Under the pieces are notes generated by a model. That model worked only from the letters and a program-made list of their open reading frames with translations, ran no database searches and was not told the DNA's origin. Below, in pieces: positions 27,226 to 35,866 of a DNA stretch of 64,000 bases. The number at the start of each line of letters is the position of its first letter. Positions within the stretch are counted from its first letter, which is position 1. Where the stretch lies: contig CAVAPV010000004.1 in NCBI GenBank assembly GCA_963590525.1, forward strand, positions 1,465 through 65,464, written 5' to 3'. A program made the translations under genes and the position numbers. Source of the DNA: Agathobacter rectalis. GTDB taxonomy: Bacteria; Actinomycetota; Coriobacteriia; Coriobacteriales; QAMH01.

Positions 27226-27443
27226 ACAAAGAGTTAGCATGCAAGTAACACTTTGAACAAAAAGAAGATAGACCTGCTCAGAGGGCAAATAGTGCAGCAA
27301 ATAGCCCTATCGCATCACTGATGCGGCCACAGCAAGGGCGCAAACGAGCAAAAACATGCCAACCGCAAAACAGATACAGCCCAAAAGCAACCGGACAAAC
27401 CGGTGCCTTTGGGCTGCGCTTGCGTGTTTTTAAGCTGCCGCGC

Positions 27444-29045
27444 CTAGTGGCGGAAATGGCGATGCCCCGTGTAGACCATGGGCATGCCAGCGGCATCGGC
27501 GACCTCGATAGAAAGATCGTCGCGGATGGAACCGCCCGGCTGGATCAAGGCAACGCAACCGGCGTCGCGCACGACCTCGAGCGTATCCGGGAACGGCAAG
27601 AAGGCATCGGATGCGACAACCGCGCCGCGAGCCTCTTCTCCAGCCTGCTTGACAGCGATACGCGCAGAATTCACGCGGTTGGGCTGACCGCCGCCAATGC
27701 CCACGGTGCGCGTGCCCTTAGTGAGCACGACGGCGTTGGACTTGACAGACTTTGCCACCTTCCAGGCAAAGACGAGTTGCTCCATGAGCTCTTTGCTGGG
27801 TTTGGCCTTGGTAGGAACAGTAAAGGTCGCAGGGTCTTCTGCAACGCAATCCAGCTCTTGGACGACCATACCGCCTTCGACGATGCGGACCTCGATATCG
27901 TTGCCCGCGGGATTGATGCCACCTGTCTTGAGCAGACGGACATTGGGCTTTGCCTTGAAGACTTCCAGCGCGCCTTCTTCAAAATCAGGGGCGATCAAGA
28001 CCTCGGAGAACTGCTTGTTAACCTCGACGATTTGCTTGGCAAGAGCCTCGGTAACCGGGCGGTTAAAGGCCATTACACCGCCAAAGGCAGAGACAGAGTC
28101 GCACACAAAGGCGTCTTGATAGGCGGTGACGATATCGTCTGCTTGGGCGATACCGCAAGGCGTCTGGTGCTTGATGATGACAGCAGTTGGCTTTGCCGTG
28201 CCAAACTCGCGGCAAGCAGACCAAGCGGAGTCTGTGTCGAGGTAGTTGTTATACGAGAGCTCTTTGCCCTGCAGCTGCTGGGCGTTGGCCAGAGTATGCT
28301 GTGCTGCCTCGGGCAGACCACCTTTGACACCGGGATTGAGGCGCTTGTAGAAAGCGGCCTTCTGATGGGGGTTCTCTCCGTAACGCAGGTCTGCCTGCTT
28401 GTCCAAAACGATGCGCTTGTCCTGGGCAAAGGCGATATCACCGTCAAGCTCGCCCAGCAGCCAGTTGTAGATGGCGTTGTCGTAGGCGCTTGTCGTGCGA
28501 AACACCTCGAGCGCGAGCTTCTTGCGGGTCTCCAACGTAGTGGCGCCGCCGTTTGCGCGCATCTCGGCAAGAATGTCGTCGTAAGTTGCGGGGTTAGTGA
28601 CCACCGTGACGCTTGCATGGTTCTTTGCGGCAGAACGCAACATAGAAGGGCCACCGATGTCGATGTTCTCGATAGCGTCTGCATAAGCAACGTCCGGCTT
28701 GGCGATGGTAGCCTCAAAGGCGTAGAGGTTCACGACCACCATGTCGATCATCTCGATATCGTTTGCCTGGGCGTCTGCCATGTGGCTCTCAAGATCGCGA
28801 CGGGCAAGAAGGCCGCCGTGGACCTTAGGATGCAGGGTCTTGACACGGCCGTCCATCATCTCGGGGAAACCAGTGAGCTCATCGATCATAGTGACCGGAA
28901 TGCCGGCCTCTTTGAGCACGCGAGCCGTGCCGCCGGTAGAGATAATCTGAACGCCAAACTCGTCAACCAAGGTGCGTGCAAACTGCTCGCAACCGGTTTT
29001 GTCCGTGAGCGAGACAAGTGCGCGCTTAATCTTGGGATCTGCCAT
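27444..29045 (-). CDS. purH: Bifunctional AICAR formyltransferase / IMP cyclohydrolase
   Basis: ..RALVSLTDKTG..STGGTA..DGRVKTLHPKVHGG..IDIGGPSMLRSAAKN... The start is probably ATG 29045 (GAAAGGGG RBS) rather than 29060. Confidence 0.95.
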   Translation of the reverse strand: MADPKIKRALVSLTDKTGCEQFARTLVDEFGVQIISTGGTARVLKEAGIPVTMIDELTGFPEMMDGRVKTLHPKVHGGLLARRDLESHMADAQANDIEMIDMVVVNLYAFEATIAKPDVAYADAIENIDIGGPSMLRSAAKNHASVTVVTNPATYDDILAEMRANGGATTLETRKKLALEVFRTTSAYDNAIYNWLLGELDGDIAFAQDKRIVLDKQADLRYGENPHQKAAFYKRLNPGVKGGLPEAAQHTLANAQQLQGKELSYNNYLDTDSAWSACREFGTAKPTAVIIKHQTPCGIAQADDIVTAYQDAFVCDSVSAFGGVMAFNRPVTEALAKQIVEVNKQFSEVLIAPDFEEGALEVFKAKPNVRLLKTGGINPAGNDIEVRIVEGGMVVQELDCVAEDPATFTVPTKAKPSKELMEQLVFAWKVAKSVKSNAVVLTKGTRTVGIGGGQPNRVNSARIAVKQAGEEARGAVVASDAFLPFPDTLEVVRDAGCVALIQPGGSIRDDLSIEVADAAGMPMVYTGHRHFRH

Positions 29046-29141
29046 CAAAGCCCCTTTCATCGGCCGTTTTCACTGCTTCTATAAAGATAACGCCCTCGAC
29101 GCATGTCAAGGGCGCTCAGTTGCGTATATTGCGTGGAAAGG

Positions 29142-29687
29142 TTAGTCGGTCTCGGTCACAAAATCCTCTGGGCTGATGCTCTCCACAAACTTATGGAACT
29201 CCTCCATCTCAAGCTTTTGGTCTGCTCCAGGCTTAAACGACTGCAAAAACGACGCCGCCTTGAGCACGTCTGTGGACACAAACAGCGGAGCATCAGCGCG
29301 CACAGCCAAGGCAACGGCATCGCTTGGACGGGCGTCGACGCGTGTGAACATTCCGTTGCCGCAGCGCACATAGACCGTGGCGTAAAACGTCGTGCCGTTG
29401 ACGCGATCGATGACGCAGCGATTGACCGATCCACCCATAGAGCGAACAAGCTGCGCAATCATGCTGTGCGTAAGCGGGCGCTCTGGACGGGACTTATCGA
29501 TAGCTGCGGCGATGGCAGCAGCCTCTGCAGGGCCAATCCATATGGGGAGAACGTAATCGTAGACCTCGTCGTTTTCTTCTCCGGGAACCGCCAGGGCTTT
29601 GGAAGGACGCAGCGACAAAACGGACGGTTGCGGCATCATGCGAATAGCCAGCGATTCTATGGTAACGGGCACCATATCGAGCTCCAT
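29142..29687 (-). CDS. Bifunctional nuclease family protein (BFN/DUF151)
   Basis: ..LPIWIGPAEAAAIA..RPLTHSMIAQLV..VIDRVNGTTFYATVYV..VDARPSDAVALAVRADAPLFV... The likely start is MELDMVPV at 29687. Confidence 0.8.
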   Translation of the reverse strand: MELDMVPVTIESLAIRMMPQPSVLSLRPSKALAVPGEENDEVYDYVLPIWIGPAEAAAIAAAIDKSRPERPLTHSMIAQLVRSMGGSVNRCVIDRVNGTTFYATVYVRCGNGMFTRVDARPSDAVALAVRADAPLFVSTDVLKAASFLQSFKPGADQKLEMEEFHKFVESISPEDFVTETD

Positions 29688-29917
29688 GTCGCACCTCCTT
29701 CTCTTATCTGCCAGCGACAACTCTACTTGGATTATAGCGTCAAGCCGCGTGGTGCCTAGACAAGTGGGCTTTCGTTACCTTGGCGAAACACAGATGCCGC
29801 CAGACGACGCCTTTGGCGATGTTGACGGCATGCAACATGAGATTCAAAGGTACAGCAAGGCGCGGCACTTGAGGCTCAAAGCGGAGGTGAGCGAGCTTTG
29901 CAGACGTTATTGGCGAC

Positions 29918-30745
29918 TTAGATGTTAGGCAACACCGTGCGGATGAGCTCTGAGATATTTCCCGCGGCCACATGCGCGGCTTTTGCCACGTCCTCGATGC
30001 TCAAAGGCTCGTCGCAGACACCGGCGGCAGGGTTGCTGATTAAGCTGATGGCGAGCACCTCCATGCCCAGCTGGTTGGCTGCAATAACCTCTTGTACCGT
30101 GGACATTCCCACAGCGTCGGCTCCCATGGCCCTAAAGGCGCGAATCTCTGCAGGAGTCTCAAAACTGGGGCCCAAATCGCCAATGTAGGTCCCCTGATGG
30201 ACCTTGACGCTGCAGGTGGCGGCCGCCTGTTTTGCAAGCTCGAGAAGCCTCAGCGAATACGGATGCGTCATGTCAAAGAAACGCGGTCCGAGCTCGGGCA
30301 CAGGGCCCATGACGGGGTTCATCATCTGGAAATTGATGTGGTCTTGGATGAGCATGAGGTCGCCCACGCTGTAAGAGGGGTCGATTCCGCCGGCAGCGTT
30401 GGTGATAATCAACTGCTTGGCGCCCAGCTGATTTGCGACGTAAACGGGAAACGCGATCTGCTGAGCGCTGTTGCCCTCGTAGGCATGCAGCCTGCCGCGC
30501 ATGCAGATAACCTTGCGCCCTTCGAGCGTTCCTAAGACGAACTCTCCCTTGTGGCCCTGCACCGTAGCCGGAACCATGTGCGCGACACCCGCGTAGGGAA
30601 CGATGATGCTGTCTTGGATAGACTCGGCCAGGTCGCCCATACCGCTACCCAAGATGATGGCAAGCTCGGGGACAAACCCAGGCGCCGCAGCAGCGATATC
30701 GTCTGTTGCAGCTTTGACGTTTTCTTTGGTTATCAGATTCTCCAT
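29918..30745 (-). CDS. punA: Purine nucleoside phosphorylase (trimeric PNP/PunA type)
   Basis: ..LAIILGSGMG..HKGEFVLG..GRLHAYEG..ITNAAGG..GPSFETPAE..GADAVGMSTVQEV.. Confidence 0.9.
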   Translation of the reverse strand: MENLITKENVKAATDDIAAAAPGFVPELAIILGSGMGDLAESIQDSIIVPYAGVAHMVPATVQGHKGEFVLGTLEGRKVICMRGRLHAYEGNSAQQIAFPVYVANQLGAKQLIITNAAGGIDPSYSVGDLMLIQDHINFQMMNPVMGPVPELGPRFFDMTHPYSLRLLELAKQAAATCSVKVHQGTYIGDLGPSFETPAEIRAFRAMGADAVGMSTVQEVIAANQLGMEVLAISLISNPAAGVCDEPLSIEDVAKAAHVAAGNISELIRTVLPNI

Positions 30746-30959
30746 ATATCCCCCTCTATTAGCTTGCGTCCACTAGCTTAAGGATAGCGCAGGACCTCTT
30801 GCTGCAGCAGCGTAGCGAGCAGCTTAAAAGCGATTGCCACATGCAGCGCAATAACGACCCTGCCCGCCCCGCAAAACAGCTGGCAGGGCACAGTAACATG
30901 ACCGGTAAAAGCGGCTAAGCGAGGGCAGCTGCGACGAGGCGCGTCAGGCCCAGTGCGTC

Positions 30960-31355
30960 TTATCTAAAATCGTTGAGATCTCCGCCAAAGAAGTCTCCCA
31001 CAACATGAGCTTCCTCCGACCCGCCCGGCTTGCGAACGCCGCCGGTGTACTCCTTGTCGACCTGCAAACACTTGTCTTCGCCAAACTCTGCTTCAAGCTT
31101 GTCCGATGCCGCACGGATAGCCTTGCGGACGGCCTCGTCGGGATCTGTCTGAGCAGCAGACCTCAGCACGGGATAGTAGTTGATGTCATGGGAGTCGCCC
31201 ATGGCTTCTACGGCCTTGATGCGATAGCTTGCATCTGCAAGCTTGTCCACCAGGTTGAAACCCGATTCTCCTCCGTCAAAGAAAGCTCTGCCTCCCAGCA
31301 AGATCTGCTCGAGTCCCACCTCTGCAGCGAGCTTCTCAAAATCATCATTAGGCAT
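30960..31355 (-). CDS. Hypothetical cytoplasmic protein (131 aa)
   Basis: Start ATG 31355 with AGAGGGGA upstream, within track ORF 30960..31436. I recognised no family. Confidence 0.5.
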   Translation of the reverse strand: MPNDDFEKLAAEVGLEQILLGGRAFFDGGESGFNLVDKLADASYRIKAVEAMGDSHDINYYPVLRSAAQTDPDEAVRKAIRAASDKLEAEFGEDKCLQVDKEYTGGVRKPGGSEEAHVVGDFFGGDLNDFR

Positions 31356-31480
31356 ACCAAAAGTCCCCTCTTGCGCATATGACAAACAATGCCGACATGG
31401 TAGCAACATCTGCGCTAGGAAGAGCTCAACTGCCATTGAGCTGTGAGATTGAAAGAAGGCTGCGGCAAGCGCGACACTTC

Positions 31481-31621
31481 AAAAAGCACGCGAAGTAGGC
31501 ATTTGCTTTGCGTTTTGGCGAGTAAGCTAAAAATCACAACGCCGTGACCTGCGATTTTGCAACGCAAAACGGCCTGCTACTTGCCGCAAGGGATTTAAAG
31601 TGCCTACTTCGCGCACTTTTT
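31481..31621 (-). repeat. 141-bp inverted-repeat element (21-nt terminal arms); possible structured RNA or MITE-like remnant
   Basis: Arms are aaaaagCAcgcgaagtaggca (31481-31501) and tgcctacttcgcgCActtttt (31601-31621). On the minus-strand transcript the two central mismatches become G-U pairs, giving 21 consecutive pairs. On the plus strand they are A-C mismatches. Confidence 0.5.
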
Positions 31622-31792
31622 GCTGGTAACTCGAGTTTCACCCAGGCAACACGTACCCGCATGCCGTCGAGTAACCCGGAGCACACTTTTCTGCCTACAA
31701 CCCGCGGTTTGATTTGCGCAAAAGGCCGTTATCGGCTTTTCCTGGAAAACAAAGCAGGCCACAGAACATAGCCTGTGACCTGCGAAAACTCT

Positions 31793-31869
31793 TGGCACCC
31801 CCAACGGGATTCGAACCCGTGATCTCCGCCGTGAAAGGGCGGCGTCCTAAACCGCTAGACGATGGGGGC
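31793..31869 (-). tRNA. tRNA-Glu (anticodon UUC), CCA encoded
   Basis: Minus strand: GCCCCCATCGTCTAGCGGTTTAGGACGCCGCCCTTTCACGGCGGAGATCACGGGTTCGAATCCCGTTGGGGGTGCCA. The cloverleaf arms pair, and the anticodon loop is CTTTCAC. Confidence 0.95.
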
Positions 31870-32196
31870 AAAAAGCCCTCGTATTATTACACTAAACCCC
31901 GCGTCTGTGAACCCCTTATTTTCCATAAACCCACAATCAAGGATGGTTTTGCCTAGGGTATATCTCTTTGCGCGATATACAGGCTCTTACCTGCGGTTTT
32001 GCTTCGGCTTCTTTAGATGCGCATCAAGAGACATCCGCTTTCATCGCAAAAACAAGCAGTTTTCCACATGCCAACACACCAAAACCCAGTCTTGTTTTGG
32101 TCTGAAACCCAAACAGATTTGCAACCTAATCTTGTCCTCACGCAAGGGCAGCTACCTCCTTGCAGACCGTCTTGACTTTAAGAGATCGGACACGTC

Positions 32197-33105
32197 ATGG
32201 GTTTTTCTATCGTCTTTGTAATCGTCGCATTCGCACTGGGCTACGCAGTGGTCCCAAGTGCAACCAAACAACTCTTGATCTTCAAATACAAAGAGATCAA
32301 CAAAGACTGGATGGAAAACCTGCGTAGCTACGCGAATCATGTGAGCTTTGTCAAAAGGAAGCCCGCCTTTGACGGCGAGCGCGTCGAAAAGGGCATGGCT
32401 AAATGGGCAGCGCGGCAAGTCATCTTGGTCAACGGCGGAAAGCTCTCATATGAGAAGGTGGCTGCCCTGCGTGAGGTCGGCGTCATTGGGCAAGTTCCCC
32501 ATGGGAAAAACCCAGTATCGCTATTACCAAAAGAACATGAGGTAGCGGCTTCCTATCGCATGAACTGCAATCTGCCACTGCGCATGATCTGCGGCGCAAG
32601 CCTCGCTCTGATTGCCGCGTTCTTGGCTTTAGCAGACGTTGGAATCCTTGCCTGTCTAAGTGCGACCGTCGCTGGCGCCGTCATGATATCGACGCTTCTA
32701 TGTGACATGCAGGCCAGACTCATCCCCTGGCAACTGTGCATCGCCTTTGGCGCCGCATCCGTGATTTTTGCCGCATGCATGGGTGGCGTTAGCAGCATCG
32801 CAACATCCATAGCATGCGCCGCGGCGATGTATATCTTGCTCAACATCACAAACTGTGCAATGCAGTTTGTCTCTGGCAGTCCCGCCATAGGCAGCGGTGA
32901 TCTGCGCTTTATCCCGATGATCTGTGTCTTTTCCGGTCTAACGGGAACCATCTGGGGGTTTATGGGCGCGAGTGTCGTAATGGCTCTCATCGCCTTGACG
33001 ACCGTCTTGTTCAAAGGCGGCAACTTGAAAAGCTATGTCCCTTACGCACCTGGCCTGAGCTGCTGGTATGCAATCGGTCTCATAGCAAGAGTTACCTCGG
33101 CCTAA
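32197..33105 (+). CDS. tadV: A24-family prepilin peptidase (TadV/CpaA-like) with an extra ~130-aa N-terminal region
   Basis: Catalytic-Asp contexts are LLCDMQARLIPWQL and AIGSGDLRFIP (GxGD-like). The C-terminal half is polytopic. The N-terminus is one TM helix plus a soluble loop with no Cys motifs. Confidence 0.8.
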   Translation: MGFSIVFVIVAFALGYAVVPSATKQLLIFKYKEINKDWMENLRSYANHVSFVKRKPAFDGERVEKGMAKWAARQVILVNGGKLSYEKVAALREVGVIGQVPHGKNPVSLLPKEHEVAASYRMNCNLPLRMICGASLALIAAFLALADVGILACLSATVAGAVMISTLLCDMQARLIPWQLCIAFGAASVIFAACMGGVSSIATSIACAAAMYILLNITNCAMQFVSGSPAIGSGDLRFIPMICVFSGLTGTIWGFMGASVVMALIALTTVLFKGGNLKSYVPYAPGLSCWYAIGLIARVTSA

Positions 33106-33163
33106 AACCCGCAAGCAGCAAGGCGGAAAAGCCGCCTGCAATCAACGAGAAAGGAATCTCCTC

Positions 33164-33358
33164 ATGATCAAGAAGTTCTTTACCGACGAGCCCCAAAACG
33201 GCGCAGAGACCGTAGAGATCGTCATCGGCATCGTTTGTTCCGTTGGCCTAGGCGCTGCGCTTTTGAGCTTCCAGGGCATCTTGCGTGACGCCATCAGCAG
33301 CACCGGAACCTCCATCTCCACGCTATTTAGCAACTTGGGCAAGGGGGCTGTCTCCTAA
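33164..33358 (+). CDS. flp: Flp/Fap-type type IVc pilin precursor
   Basis: 64 aa. MIKKFFTDEPQNG|AETVEIVIGIVCSVGLGAALL has a G/xxxxE processing motif followed by a hydrophobic helix. Confidence 0.8.
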   Translation: MIKKFFTDEPQNGAETVEIVIGIVCSVGLGAALLSFQGILRDAISSTGTSISTLFSNLGKGAVS

Positions 33359-33410
33359 TAGCACCAGCCAGGCAGCAAACCATTTGGAAAAGAAAGGAGG
33401 TGTCTTTGCC

Positions 33411-33917
33411 ATGAAGCACCTGAGACACACGACAGGAGATGAAACGGGCGCTGCAGCGTTGGAACTGCTGTTTGCCATACCGCTGGTGATGCTGTTTGGA
33501 GCCGGAATACTCGATTTGGGCACCTACATCGAGCGCAACATCGCTTTGGATATGGCCGCCACCGCTGCCGTGCGTTACTGCATGGATGATCCGAGCCGTG
33601 CCGACAATGCAGAGTCAATCAAAGAGTACCTAAGCGTTGTCGAGCCAAACCTGGGAGATGTGAGCTTGCACCTGACGCGACAACCCGCCTGTAAACAGGC
33701 ATACAACCACCTCTTCTACATCGACGAAAGCGAAACAGCCATAGCGCGCAAATCCTACTGCTCGTATCAGCCGCTTAGCGTTGAGGTCTCATACCAAGGC
33801 CAGTTCAAGACCCCGGTTGGCAGAGGCATCTCCATCGCCTGCGGCGGCAACGGGTCTCTCAAGGCAAAAAACGTGAAAACAGGCCTTTTGGACATGACGG
33901 ATGGTGACACGTGGTGA
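33411..33917 (+). CDS. TadE-like minor pilin / pseudopilin
   Basis: Start ATG 33411 follows AAAGGAGG. N-terminus reads ..TGDETGAAALELLFAIPLVMLF.. (TadE motif). Confidence 0.75.
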   Translation: MKHLRHTTGDETGAAALELLFAIPLVMLFGAGILDLGTYIERNIALDMAATAAVRYCMDDPSRADNAESIKEYLSVVEPNLGDVSLHLTRQPACKQAYNHLFYIDESETAIARKSYCSYQPLSVEVSYQGQFKTPVGRGISIACGGNGSLKAKNVKTGLLDMTDGDTW

Positions 33918-34453
33918 TCGAGAAGACATGGCATGTAAAAGACGAGAGCGGCGCGGAGACAGTCCAGCTCGCAATGGCGATTCCGATGGTTTTCATAGCC
34001 GCAATGGCAACAGTTCAGCTGGGAATCACGGCTTTTTGCGTGCTCACATTAGACGGCAGCGCTCAGCAAGCGGCATGGGCCGTCGATCTTGACGAGCTCA
34101 TCTACGCAGGCAGCCCGCAAAGCGCCAACGAACTGCTTTCAAACGAGATAAGCAGGCAATCGGTCTGCCTAGACTCGGACAAGCTCCGTATAAGCAATGC
34201 CGCCTTCACCTCAACCGATACCTATAGCAAGCCACCGGTGTCAAAACCCATAGCAAATCGCAACGTCATCTGCGACGAGGACAACCGCTATCAGCTTGCC
34301 CAAATGACACGAGAGACATATGCGGGGTTAGTGGAGTTTGACATCAGCTACGAACTGCCGACGCTTATCGAGCTTCCCGGGTTATCTCACATGACAGTAA
34401 GCAGGCATATAGCCAGGGAGCGAGTTCTGACGACAAGAACGGAGATCAGCTAA
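33911..34453 (+). CDS. TadE/TadF-like minor pilin / pseudopilin
   Basis: N-terminus ..KDESGAETVQLAMAIPMVFIAAM.. It overlaps the upstream gene. Confidence 0.7.
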   Translation: MVIEKTWHVKDESGAETVQLAMAIPMVFIAAMATVQLGITAFCVLTLDGSAQQAAWAVDLDELIYAGSPQSANELLSNEISRQSVCLDSDKLRISNAAFTSTDTYSKPPVSKPIANRNVICDEDNRYQLAQMTRETYAGLVEFDISYELPTLIELPGLSHMTVSRHIARERVLTTRTEIS

Positions 34454-35085
34454 TGGCACAACGCGAAGACGGCAATGTGACGATTTTGACGCTGATGTTG
34501 ATGATGAGTCTTGCTGCAGTTCTTGTTATCGCGCTGGAGTTTGCGTGCGTCTACGCGCAAAAGCTCGTCTTGGACAACTATCTCAACATAGCTCGCGAAG
34601 AGACGTTTTCTGCCGGATTCGACATGCAACTCAAAAGCGCAGAAGACCCCGTACGGCTCATCAACGAGAAAGTCGTCGGCTCGCTTAGAGACAACGGATA
34701 CGACGGAGCAATTGAAATCGCGTTCTACGAAGCAACAAGAACACAGATCGAGCAAGCTAACCCGATGATCGACGATGCAGAAAACGTAAGGGTGCTTGCG
34801 TGGCAGGCAAACATCGCGCTCGAACACCAAAACGTCGTCGCTCCGGCTGCTTGGTTGTCGGAGATATTGCTCACAAGCACGACGACAGCGTCGATGTGTC
34901 CTTACTCGCTACACAAAACCTACCGACCCCAAGGCGTAGACGGACAGCTTTGGCAATGCAACACGGTCGCGGGGACAAGGGGAACCACCATCCAAAGCAG
35001 CGACGGACAAATACCGACAGCGCTTGAGGCAACCCTAAGTAACGCGCTCAAGAAGCCGACGGAGATCTTCGAAGCAAACCAATAA
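34453..35085 (+). CDS. TadG-like (Tad N-terminal domain) pilus assembly protein
   Basis: ..EDGNVTILTLMLMMSLAAVLVIALEFACVY.. is an N-terminal anchor typical of the TadE/G-like family. The start overlaps the upstream stop in a TAATG. Confidence 0.6.
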   Translation: MAQREDGNVTILTLMLMMSLAAVLVIALEFACVYAQKLVLDNYLNIAREETFSAGFDMQLKSAEDPVRLINEKVVGSLRDNGYDGAIEIAFYEATRTQIEQANPMIDDAENVRVLAWQANIALEHQNVVAPAAWLSEILLTSTTTASMCPYSLHKTYRPQGVDGQLWQCNTVAGTRGTTIQSSDGQIPTALEATLSNALKKPTEIFEANQ

Positions 35086-35099
35086 CGAAAGGACCAGAC

Positions 35100-35858
35100 G
35101 TGATACTTAAACCAAGCATCGCCCAAAAGATCAAGGGCGCACCCCAGGGCGGAGGCGGCAGTCAAGACAAGGCTCAAAACGACGTCGGAGCCAAGGTCGC
35201 TCGCCTTGCAACGATTACATCCGCAAGCGCCTTTATAGCAACCGGATGCCTGATCTTTGCCTTTGTCACCCACTCGCAAGCGTCGACCGCCTTGGCAGAT
35301 GTCGAATCGGACATGCAGACGGCAGTTGTCGCATCCAAGCAGATTGCGCAAGGCGCCACCATAACCGACGAGATGGTAACCACTGTCCAGATTCCAGGCC
35401 GATACGTTGCAAGCGACGTCGCAACAACGACAGAAGAAGTTATAGGCAAGCAAGCTGTTGTGCGCATGGATGAAAACGACCAGGTAAGAGGCGCCAACCT
35501 CAATCGCAGCGATGAAAGCTCGTCGCTTTCAAGCCGCATTTCAAAAGGACGCAAGGCCGTAAGCATCAGCGTCAACACAGAAACAGACTTTGCGCAGGCG
35601 CTCTTGCATCAAGGTGATCGCGTGAGCCTGTATTGCTTCCAAGACGGAGAGAAAACGCGGATTTGCAAAGATGTCGAGGTCTTAGCCCTTGACGGATACA
35701 CGAGTTATGCGGATTTGAGCAAGGATGGGATCACGGCCGAGTATTCGACGGTCACCGTTGAGGTAACCAAGTCAAAGGCAGAAGAAATCAGAAGCCTGCA
35801 GGACCAAAAAACAAGCATCTGGATGGTTCTCACGGCAAACGTAGATACGAAACGCTAG
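35100..35858 (+). CDS. cpaB: Flp pilus assembly protein CpaB/RcpC (SAF domain)
   Basis: N-terminal TM helix, then ..VVASKQIAQGATITDEMVTTVQIPGRYVASDV..VIGKQAVVRMDENDQV... Confidence 0.75.
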   Translation: MILKPSIAQKIKGAPQGGGGSQDKAQNDVGAKVARLATITSASAFIATGCLIFAFVTHSQASTALADVESDMQTAVVASKQIAQGATITDEMVTTVQIPGRYVASDVATTTEEVIGKQAVVRMDENDQVRGANLNRSDESSSLSSRISKGRKAVSISVNTETDFAQALLHQGDRVSLYCFQDGEKTRICKDVEVLALDGYTSYADLSKDGITAEYSTVTVEVTKSKAEEIRSLQDQKTSIWMVLTANVDTKR

Positions 35859-35866
35859 GAAAAAGC

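Noticed and set aside
29046-29141. Possible ZTP (pfl) riboswitch upstream of purH.
   Set aside because: The gap to the upstream gene is only ~95 bp. It holds one terminator-like hairpin (CGCCCUUGAC-aug-GUCGAGGGCG on the minus strand). There is no GGGUCGUGACUGGCG or CCGCCUGGGC element.
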